A stretch of 64,000 nt of DNA. Origin: an uncultured Thermotogae bacterium. GTDB taxonomy: Bacteria; Bipolaricaulota; Bipolaricaulia; UBA7950; UBA9294. Every line of letters starts with the position of its first letter. Position 1 is the first letter of the stretch. The position numbers were made by a program, and so were the translations under genes. Shown piece by piece: positions 9,452-17,609 of this stretch. The stretch is from NCBI GenBank assembly GCA_964558595.1, contig CAZLER010000002.1, forward strand, positions 31,414 through 95,413. The letters run 5' to 3'. Under the pieces are notes generated by a model. That model worked only from the letters and a program-made list of their open reading frames with translations. It was not told the DNA's origin and did no database searches.

Positions 9452-10345
9452 ATGGCGCGATCCCCACACTGCGATCTGCGCTGCGGTCTCCGCCTGCTCG
9501 TCGGCGTGGTCGCGGTATCGTTGGGCGCGATCCTCGCCCGTCTCGCCGGTGACGCACCGGCACCGGCGATCGCCGCTTGGCGGTTGACCGTGTCGGCGAT
9601 CGTGTTGCTGCCGTGGGCGCTGCGCAGCCGCCACCGCACGATCTCGCGCCGAACCCTCGTCTGGTCGGCGGCGAGCGGCCTGGCGCTGGCGCTGCATTTC
9701 GTGTTGTGGATCTCGTCGCTCGAGACCACCAGCGTCGCCAGTTCGGTGGTGTTCGTGTCGACCCATCCGATCTTCGTGGCGATCGGGTCGATCGTGGTGC
9801 TGCGGGAAGCGGTTCCCCGCTCGCTGCGCCTCGGGGTCCTCCTGGCGGTCGCCGGCGGAGCATTGATCGGCCTCGGGGATCTCCGGTCTGGCGGTCCGGC
9901 GCTGCACGGCGACCTGCTGGCGCTGGGAGGCGGTCTGGCGGTGTCGGTGTACTTCCTGATCGGCCGCTCCCTTCGCCGCGATGTCTCGCTGGGGCCCTAC
10001 GTCGCGATCAGCTATGGCACCGCCGCGGTCGCCGTCCTCCTGTTCTGCGCCATCATCGGCGCCCCGCTGATCGGTCACCCCCCCACCACCTACGCCTACC
10101 TCGTCCTTCTCGCCCTGATCCCTCAACTGCTCGGACACTCGACGATCAACTGGGCGCTTCGCCGCCTGTCGGCATCGCGCGTGTCGGTGCTCGTGGTGGC
10201 CGAGCCGATCGGCTCGGCGCTCCTCGCGATCCCATTTTTCCACGAGGTGCCCGGTGGGTTGAACCTCATCGGGGCCGCCATCATACTGGCGGGGATCTAC
10301 CTCAGTTTCCGCAGCGAGGAGGAACACGATGACACCGAACGCTGA
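9452..10345 (+). CDS. DMT/EamA family transporter
   Basis: About 10 TM segments; IAAWRL, STHPIFV, GHSTINWAL, EPIGS motifs; start chosen at MARSPH inside the longer ORF. Confidence 0.9.
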   Translation: MARSPHCDLRCGLRLLVGVVAVSLGAILARLAGDAPAPAIAAWRLTVSAIVLLPWALRSRHRTISRRTLVWSAASGLALALHFVLWISSLETTSVASSVVFVSTHPIFVAIGSIVVLREAVPRSLRLGVLLAVAGGALIGLGDLRSGGPALHGDLLALGGGLAVSVYFLIGRSLRRDVSLGPYVAISYGTAAVAVLLFCAIIGAPLIGHPPTTYAYLVLLALIPQLLGHSTINWALRRLSASRVSVLVVAEPIGSALLAIPFFHEVPGGLNLIGAAIILAGIYLSFRSEEEHDDTER

Positions 10346-11549
10346 ACGCGGCCGCGCAAAGATCGATTGGGCCTCATCGCACATGCCGTTGCTCGACCGG
10401 TTGCGCACGACGTTCCGAAAGGAACGGCCGTTCGCCGACCGGACGATCGCCATGAGCATCCATCTCGAGGCGAAGACCGCGTGCCTGGCGATCCTCCTGC
10501 GCGATGGCGGCGCCGTGCTGTCCGTCACCGGGAGCAACCCCCTCTCCACCCAGGACGACATCGCGGTGGCGCTGGCCAAGGAGGAACGGATCGAGGTGCA
10601 CGCGCGTCACGGGGCCTCCGAGAGCGAGTACGCCGAGGATCTGCGCCGCACCCTCGACGTCCGGCCGGAGCTGATCCTCGATGACGGGGGCGATCTGGTC
10701 GCCCTGCTTCACGCATCGCCCCAGGAGAACGTGCTCGGAGGGTGCGAGGAGACCACCACCGGGGTCGCGCGGCTGCGCCGTCTCGCCCGTGAGGGGCGTC
10801 TGCAGTTCCCGATGTTCGCCGTCAACGACGCGAGGATGAAGTCGCTGTTCGATAACCGCTACGGAACCGGCCAGTCGGTCTGGGACGGGATCTTCCGCTC
10901 CACCAACCTGCTGATCGCCGGGGCCACGGTGGTCGTCGTCGGCTACGGCTGGTGTGGGCGAGGCATCGCCGCCCGTGCCCGCGGCCTGGGGGCGCGAGTC
11001 GTCGTGGCGGAGGTCGACCCGATCCGGGCGCTGGAGGCGTGGATGGAGGGGTACGCCGTCGCCCCGATCGCCGAGGCGATCCGCACCGCGGACTTCGTCA
11101 TCACCGCCACCGGCTGCGAAGACGCCGTTCCGGAGGACGCGCTGCGGGCGGCCAAGGACGGGGTGGTGTTGGCCAACGCCGGCCACTTCAACGTGGAGAT
11201 CCGGCCGGAGGCGCTCGCCCGTCTGGCGCGGTCGCACCGAACGGTGCGCGAGGGCGTCGAGGAGTTCCTCACCGAGGACGGCCGTCGGCTGATCCTTCTC
11301 GGCGACGGACGGCTCGTCAACCTGGCGCTGGGCGACGGGCACCCGGTGGAGATCATGGACCTGTCGTTCGCCGTCCAGGCGCTGACCCTCCGACATCTGC
11401 TCGAACAGGGGCCGTGGAGCCCCGATCTGTATCCGGTGCCTCCCGAGATCGATGAGACGCTGGCCCGGCTGAAGCTGGAGACGCTGGGCGTGAGGATCGA
11501 TGTCCTCACGCCGGCCCAGCGCGCGTACCTCGGCCTCGACACCGGGTGA
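10329..11549 (+). CDS. ahcY: Adenosylhomocysteinase
   Basis: HLEAKTA, DDGGDL, EETTTG, KSLFDNRYGTGQS, GYGWCGRG, GHPVEIMDLSFA. Confidence 0.97.
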   Translation: MTPNAERGRAKIDWASSHMPLLDRLRTTFRKERPFADRTIAMSIHLEAKTACLAILLRDGGAVLSVTGSNPLSTQDDIAVALAKEERIEVHARHGASESEYAEDLRRTLDVRPELILDDGGDLVALLHASPQENVLGGCEETTTGVARLRRLAREGRLQFPMFAVNDARMKSLFDNRYGTGQSVWDGIFRSTNLLIAGATVVVVGYGWCGRGIAARARGLGARVVVAEVDPIRALEAWMEGYAVAPIAEAIRTADFVITATGCEDAVPEDALRAAKDGVVLANAGHFNVEIRPEALARLARSHRTVREGVEEFLTEDGRRLILLGDGRLVNLALGDGHPVEIMDLSFAVQALTLRHLLEQGPWSPDLYPVPPEIDETLARLKLETLGVRIDVLTPAQRAYLGLDTG

Positions 11550-11605
11550 TCACAGAGATCACACACGGAGCGCGATACAATCCGAACTCCAGGGGTGAGA
11601 AGACG

Positions 11606-12784
11606 ATGACCAACAGAAGGCTTTGGAGAAGAGGTCCAGCCATCCTGATCCCGGCGTTCCTCCTCGTGCTCGCTCTCGGGGTCGGGGGCGCCCAGGAAGC
11701 CGGCGCCGAGCTGTTCGACCCCGTCGATCAGGTCTATCAGTACATCAAGAGCTACTTCTACGAACCGGAGCGGATCGACGATCAGGAGGCGTTGTACGGG
11801 GCAATGAAGGGAATCGTCCGCCACCTGAACGATCCCTACAGCGAGTTCATGGATCCCAACGATCGCGAGCAGTTCGAGATGAGCCTCGCCGGGGAGTTCA
11901 GCGGCGTGGGGATCGAGCTGTCGATCGTCGACAACGTCCTCACGGTGATCACCCCGCTGGTGGGAACCCCAGCCGAGGCGGCGGGTGTCGAAGCCGGAGA
12001 CCAGATCCTGGCGATCGACGGCGAGTCCTCCGAGGGGCTGACGCTGACCGAGGCCGCGCTACGGATCCGCGGCGAGATCGGTACGACGGTGACGCTCACG
12101 GTCCGTCACGAGGACGGCACGATCGAAGAGATCCCCATCGTGCGCGCCCGCATCGAGATCGAGCCGGTCAAGAGCGAACTCCGCGCCGACGGCGAGATCG
12201 GCTACATCCGCCTGTACCGATTCGAGGAGGAGACCACCACCGAACTCGACCTTGCGCTGTCGGTGTTCGACCTGGACGGGCTCACCGGACTGATCCTCGA
12301 TCTGCGCAACAACCCGGGTGGATTGGTCAACGAAGCGATTTCGGTATCGAGCCGGTTCGTCGACGACGGCGTTCTGCTGATCACCGAGGATCGGCTGAGC
12401 GACGAGAAGAAGTACTACTCCCGCGGCAACCGGGTCCCCAACCTGCCGTTGGCCGTCCTGATCAACCGGGGATCGGCGAGCGCTTCCGAGATCACCGCCG
12501 GCGCCATCCGCGACAACGACATGGGCGTTCTCATCGGAGAGCCGTCGTTCGGCAAGGGGGTCTTCCAGCAGTTGATCGAGTTTCCCGACGGATCGGCGCT
12601 CAAGATCACCACCGGCGAGTTCTTCACGCCCGACCGGAGCGTGGTCAACGAAGCAGGACTGGTGCCCGACATCATCGTCGAAGAGGGAGAGGATCCGGTG
12701 GATGTCGCGATCGCGTGGATCCGTGCTCACGCCGAGGCGCGGATGCCGATCGACCTCGACGCGGAGACCGCGCGGCTTCCATGA
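11606..12784 (+). CDS. S41 family C-terminal processing protease with PDZ domain
   Basis: Signal peptide, LNDPYS, GEFSGVG (PDZ), DLRNNPGG, SASASEI, GKG. Confidence 0.93.
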   Translation: MTNRRLWRRGPAILIPAFLLVLALGVGGAQEAGAELFDPVDQVYQYIKSYFYEPERIDDQEALYGAMKGIVRHLNDPYSEFMDPNDREQFEMSLAGEFSGVGIELSIVDNVLTVITPLVGTPAEAAGVEAGDQILAIDGESSEGLTLTEAALRIRGEIGTTVTLTVRHEDGTIEEIPIVRARIEIEPVKSELRADGEIGYIRLYRFEEETTTELDLALSVFDLDGLTGLILDLRNNPGGLVNEAISVSSRFVDDGVLLITEDRLSDEKKYYSRGNRVPNLPLAVLINRGSASASEITAGAIRDNDMGVLIGEPSFGKGVFQQLIEFPDGSALKITTGEFFTPDRSVVNEAGLVPDIIVEEGEDPVDVAIAWIRAHAEARMPIDLDAETARLP

Positions 12785-13773
12785 GCTTCGCCGTTCTCGG
12801 CGCCGGGGGATGGGGGACGGCGTTCGCGCGTCTCCTGGCGATGGCGGGACACGACACCCTGCTGTGGGCGCGCGATGCCCGGCTCGCCGAAGCGATGCGG
12901 ACCGACGGCCGCAATGCGAAGTACCTCCCCTCGGTGGAGCTGCCCAGCGACCGCTTGACGATCACCGCCGAGCTGTCAGAGATCGAGGGGCGGGACGTCC
13001 TGGTCGTCGCGGTGCCGTCCTTCGGGGTCGACGACCTGCTGGCGCGGGTCGCGCCGATCTGCGGTCCCTCGCCGGTGGTGATCAACCTCGCCAAGGGGAT
13101 CGACCCGGCGTCGAAGCGGACGATGTCCGAACTGATCGAGGCGCGGCTGCCCACCGCCCATCCGTTTACCCTGTCGGGACCGAGCCATGCCGAGGAAGTC
13201 GGCAAGGATGTCCCCACGGCCGTGGTGCTCGCCGGACGGGAGACTGAGCTCGGAGAGCGTCTGCAGACGACGATCGCCACTCCGCGGTTCCGCGTCTACC
13301 TGTCGTCGGACGTCCGCGGCGTCGAGCTGTGCGCGACCGTCAAGAACGTCGTCGCGCTGGCCACGGGGATCTCCGATGGGCTCGGCTACGGCGACAACAG
13401 CCGCGGTGCGCTGATCACGCGGGGGCTCGCCGAGATGGTCCGGTTCGGACGCACCTTCGACGTCGAGGACGTCACCTTCTTCGGCCTGGCCGGCCTCGGC
13501 GACCTCGTCGCCACCTGCACCAGCGCTCACAGCCGCAATCGGTACGTCGGCTGCCGGCTCGGCCGCGGCGAGCCGCTGAGCCGCATCGTCGAGGAGATGG
13601 ATATGGTCGCCGAGGGGCTCCATGCCACGGCCCTGATCCATGAGCTGGCAGCGAAACGTGGTATCGACATGCCGATCACGGCGGCAGTCCAACGGCTTCT
13701 GACCGAGCAGGCCGATCCGCTATCGTTGGTCGATGAGATCATGACGCGGGCACCAAAGCGCGACGGAGTGTGA
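12781..13773 (+). CDS. gpsA: NAD(P)H-dependent glycerol-3-phosphate dehydrogenase
   Basis: GAGGWGTA, LAKGID, SGPSHAEEV, KNVVALA.G, GLAGLGDLVATC, SRNR. Confidence 0.96.
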   Translation: MSFAVLGAGGWGTAFARLLAMAGHDTLLWARDARLAEAMRTDGRNAKYLPSVELPSDRLTITAELSEIEGRDVLVVAVPSFGVDDLLARVAPICGPSPVVINLAKGIDPASKRTMSELIEARLPTAHPFTLSGPSHAEEVGKDVPTAVVLAGRETELGERLQTTIATPRFRVYLSSDVRGVELCATVKNVVALATGISDGLGYGDNSRGALITRGLAEMVRFGRTFDVEDVTFFGLAGLGDLVATCTSAHSRNRYVGCRLGRGEPLSRIVEEMDMVAEGLHATALIHELAAKRGIDMPITAAVQRLLTEQADPLSLVDEIMTRAPKRDGV

Positions 13774-13783
13774 GGAGGACACG

Positions 13784-14977
13784 GTGACAAGCGATGTGGT
13801 GGTCGTTGGAGGGGGTCCGATCGGGTTGCTCGCGGCGCGATGCGCCGCCGAGCGCGGGGCCTCGGTGCTGCTCGTCGACCGCCGCGATCGGCCGGGGAGC
13901 TCTTCGTGCTGTGCCGGGTTGGTGAGCCCGCGGACCCTGTCGACGCTCGGCGCATCCACCGACACCGTCCTCCGCGAGATCCGTTCGGTCGCCGTCCACG
14001 CCCCCAACGGCACGTGCGTCGTGCTGAGCGACGAAGCGACGAAGGCGGTGGTGATCGACCGCGGGCAGTTGGAGCGGGAACTGTGCGCCGGTGCCGGGGC
14101 CGCCGGCGCAAAACTCCGGTTCGGCACCGAGGCGATCGCCGGTTCGCCGGGAAGGATCGTCCTGCAAGCGAAGGGACGTCGGTATGAGGTGGCGGCAGCG
14201 GCGATCGTCGGGGCCGATGGCCCGACCGGCAGCGTCGCCTCGTGGTTCGAGCTTACCCCGCCGGATCGCCACGTCCGCGCGGCCCAGGCGGTCGTGGAGG
14301 CGGACACGGCCCATCCCGAGCGGGTGGACGTCTACTTCGGGGCGGATGTCGCTCCCGGGTTCTTCGGCTGGACCGTCCCCGCCGAGGTGGATCGCCTGCG
14401 CGTCGGGGTGGGCGTCGCCCCGCCGGCCGACCCGTTCGTGTACCTGTCGGCCCTGCTCGCCGCGCGGCATCCGCATGCCCGTATCGTCGACCGCGCCGGC
14501 GGACGGATCCCGCTGGCGCCGGTTCCCCGTTCGTCCCACGGCTCGACGTTGTTGGTCGGGGACGCCGCCGGGCAGGTGAAGCCGCTGTCGGGAGGGGGGT
14601 TGTATACCGGGGCGATTGGAGCGCGGATCGCCGGACGGTTCGCCGCCGAAGCCAGCGACGGGGGGGATGTCACCGGCTATGATGACGCGTGGCGGTCGGC
14701 GATCGGCCGGGAGATCGCGTTCGGCCGCGCGGTCCGCCGCCTGGCGACGAGGATCGCCGATCCGGTGCTCGACGCCGCGGTCGCGGCGTCGGCGGACCCG
14801 GAGCTGTTGTCGTTCCTCGCCGCTCGCGCGGACATCGATCGGTTCCACCGTCTACCCGACGAACTGGCCGCCCATCCCTCGTTGTGGGGGAAGGTGCTCC
14901 GACTGCTGCCGATCGTCCTTGCCGCCGGGGAGATCGATCGCTCGACCGTTGTCTCGGCATCCCGAGCCTCCCTATAA
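13784..14977 (+). CDS. Geranylgeranyl-reductase-family FAD-dependent oxidoreductase
   Basis: VVVVGGGPIG, CAG, VGADG, GFFGW, GDAAGQVKPLSGGG. Confidence 0.85.
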   Translation: MTSDVVVVGGGPIGLLAARCAAERGASVLLVDRRDRPGSSSCCAGLVSPRTLSTLGASTDTVLREIRSVAVHAPNGTCVVLSDEATKAVVIDRGQLERELCAGAGAAGAKLRFGTEAIAGSPGRIVLQAKGRRYEVAAAAIVGADGPTGSVASWFELTPPDRHVRAAQAVVEADTAHPERVDVYFGADVAPGFFGWTVPAEVDRLRVGVGVAPPADPFVYLSALLAARHPHARIVDRAGGRIPLAPVPRSSHGSTLLVGDAAGQVKPLSGGGLYTGAIGARIAGRFAAEASDGGDVTGYDDAWRSAIGREIAFGRAVRRLATRIADPVLDAAVAASADPELLSFLAARADIDRFHRLPDELAAHPSLWGKVLRLLPIVLAAGEIDRSTVVSASRASL

Positions 14978-14989
14978 TCGTCGGCAACC

Positions 14990-17552
14990 ATGGCGAAGAG
15001 GAAGACGGGGAAGGGCGCTAGAGCCTCGAAGCGACCGCTGACGTCGATCCCGTTCGATCGGGTGCTGATCTATGCGGTCGCGTTCCTCTTGTTTGCCGTG
15101 CCGCTGTTTCTTTGGCCGGGGCTCTCGGAGTACGGCTACGGCAAGACGATGGTCGTGCTGATCGGGACCTCGGCGCTGGCGGTGCTGTGGGGGCTGTCGG
15201 CTTGGCAGAGCGGACGCTGGTCGATCCGGATCCCGTGGATCGTCCTGCCCCTCCTCGGCGTGGTCGCGGCGGCGTTGCTGTCGCTGCTGCACGCCACCAA
15301 CGGGGCGGTGGTCGTGCAGAGCACCATCCTCCTCGTCTTCTTCACCGTGTTGTTGTTGATCATCGCCAACGCGGTCCGCGATCGGCGCGACGTTTTCCTC
15401 CTGTTGTTCGTGGTCCTCGTGTCGGCCAGCCTGACCGCCCTGTACGGACTCCTCCAGTACCTGGGCGTGATGCGCGGACCGATGGGGTGGGGGGGCTTGA
15501 ACAACGTCATCTCCACGGTGGGCAACCGCAACTACCTCGGCGGATTCCTCGCCTACCTTCTCCTACCCGCCGTCGTCCTGGTGATCGCGCCGCGTTCACG
15601 GTGGCTACGCGTGACCTCGATCCCCCTCATCGCCTTCTGCTTCGGGACCGTGCTGCTGCTCCGTCAGACCGGCACCGCGGTGGCGCTCGTTCTCAGCCTG
15701 GTCGCGGGGGTCGCCGGGATGGCGATCTTCCGCCCGTTTGAGCCGATCCGGCGCAACCGCCGGTGGATCATCGCGCTCGCCGCGACCCTCCTGCTCACCT
15801 TCCTGATCGAAGCGCCGTCCGGTCCGTTGAATTCGGTGGTCGGGCTGTCCGCCGACGAGCCGACCTCGACGGGGCTGCTGCTCGATCCCGGCTTCGAGCA
15901 AGGCAGCATCCCTTGGGGACCCCACGGAGAGCGCCAACCGTCGGGAGGGATCGACGATTCGGCGTGGTGGAGGATCGATCGCGACGGCAACAACCAGGGC
16001 GCCTGGCAGCTCGACGCCGACGGGAGCCAGCGGAGGATCCCCATCCGCCCCGGACAGAGCTTCAAGCTCGGGGGGGGGTCTCCTCTCCGACGGTCGGACC
16101 ACCGCCCAACTGCGTGTCCTCCTCCTCGACGTCAACCAGGAACGGATCCGTTGGATCGTCGGAGGACAAACCAGCGCCACCGTGTGGAAGGAAGTGGAGA
16201 CGCCGTTCACCGCCCCCCCGGAGGCGCGGTATGCCAGCGTCTACCTGCTCGCCACTGGGGCCGACGGCTGGGCCGGCTTCGACGAGCTGTACCTCGAGCC
16301 GATCGGGGTGCTCGAGGCATGGGCGCGGAAGCTTTGGGATAGGAACTCGGGCGGCATACGCGCTTGGGACTGGTGGATCGGATTGGAGATGTTCGCCGAG
16401 CACCCGCTCGTCGGGATCGGGCTGGGCAACTACAAGATCGACTTCCTCGAGTACAAGGCGGAGTTCAGGGACACGCCGCGGGGAGAGCGCTACGATTTCC
16501 ACATCAGCCGGGCGGCTCAGGCCCACAACGAGTACGTGCAGCTGCTGGCCGAACTGGGGGTGTTCGGCGCGGTGGCGGTGCTCGCGGTGCTCGCGGTGCT
16601 CGCGATCACCGCCTGGAAGCGGCTGCGGGGGAACGACCCATCGAACCGGCTCGAGCTGCTGCTGTTGGGAGGCGGGATCGTGACGATGCTGGCGCATGCG
16701 GCGGTCAGCTTCCCGCTCCACCTACCGACGTCGAGCCTGGTGGTGATTCTCCTCACTGGCATCGCCTTCTCGCGGGCGTACGGCGACGCCGGCGCAACCC
16801 GCCTCGTCCTCGCCGGCTGGCGGTTGAAGGCAGCCCTGGCGGTGACGGCGGCGATCGGGATCGCGGTCTCGGTGTTCGCGGTGCGCGACCTGCAAGCCAA
16901 CCTGTTGATGAGCGAGGGGATCGAGCAGACGCAGCTGGGCAACCTGGCCCGGGCCGAGGCGCTGTTCGAGCGGAGCCTCGCGCTCGACTTCGCACCGCGA
17001 CAGACGTACTACCATCTGGCGACGGTTCAGATCGAGCGCGGCGACCTGGAGGCAGCCGAAGCCAACCTGGAGCGGTCGCTCACCCGGTTCCGCGAGGAGT
17101 CGGTATACCTCAACTACGCCAACCTGCTGGCCAACGGGCGCCGGTTCGACCGAGCGCTGGAGACGATCGAGTTCCTGCTGTCGACGCAACCGCGCGAGGA
17201 GATCCGGATCCGCGCCCGCTACCTCGAGGCGGTGATCGTCGCTCAAACCGGCGATCCGCAGCGAGCGACCACGCTGCTCGTCGAGCTCGCCGAGGATGCG
17301 CCGACGTTCGAAGCGGCCCACATCGGGTTGGGGACGGTGTATGAGGCCCGCGGGATGACGGTAAATGCTCGACAGGCATACGAGACGGCGTTGACGACGA
17401 TCGAAGCCAAGCTGGAAACCGCCCAGGCGACCCTGGCCTCGCAGCAGACGATCACCGCCCAGGAGTACGGGAAGCTACGCACGGAGGTCGAGCAGCTCCG
17501 CCAGGCGCGGGAGACGGTGCGCGACAAGCTGGAGGGGCTGCCGTCGAGGTAG
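14990..17552 (+). pseudogene. O-antigen ligase / O-oligosaccharyltransferase (Wzy_C) family protein with C-terminal TPRs, frameshifted at a G9 run
   Basis: ORF 14990..16342 has the TM region and STVGNRNYLGG; ORF 16182..17552 has QAHNEYVQLLAELG and TPRs; removing one G from 16070-16078 fuses them into one 853-aa frame. Confidence 0.8.
16070..16078 (+). repeat. G9 homopolymer at the frameshift
   Basis: ttcaagctc-GGGGGGGGG-tctcctc. Confidence 0.95.
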
Positions 17553-17574
17553 GCGCACAACGCACCGGTGGGCC

Positions 17575-17603
17575 TTGCGGCTCCCAAACGTTGCTCCTAA
17601 ACT
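17575..17603 (+). promoter_or_regulatory. secA promoter (probably leaderless transcript)
   Basis: TTGCGG-17 nt-TAAACT, 6 nt upstream of ATG 17610, no SD. Confidence 0.55.
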
Positions 17604-17609
17604 GATCCC

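Noticed and set aside
11545-11563. GTGAT-N7-ATCAC inverted repeat before the S41 protease as a CRP box
   Set aside because: Spacing does not fit TGTGA-N6-TCACA and it overlaps the ahcY stop codon
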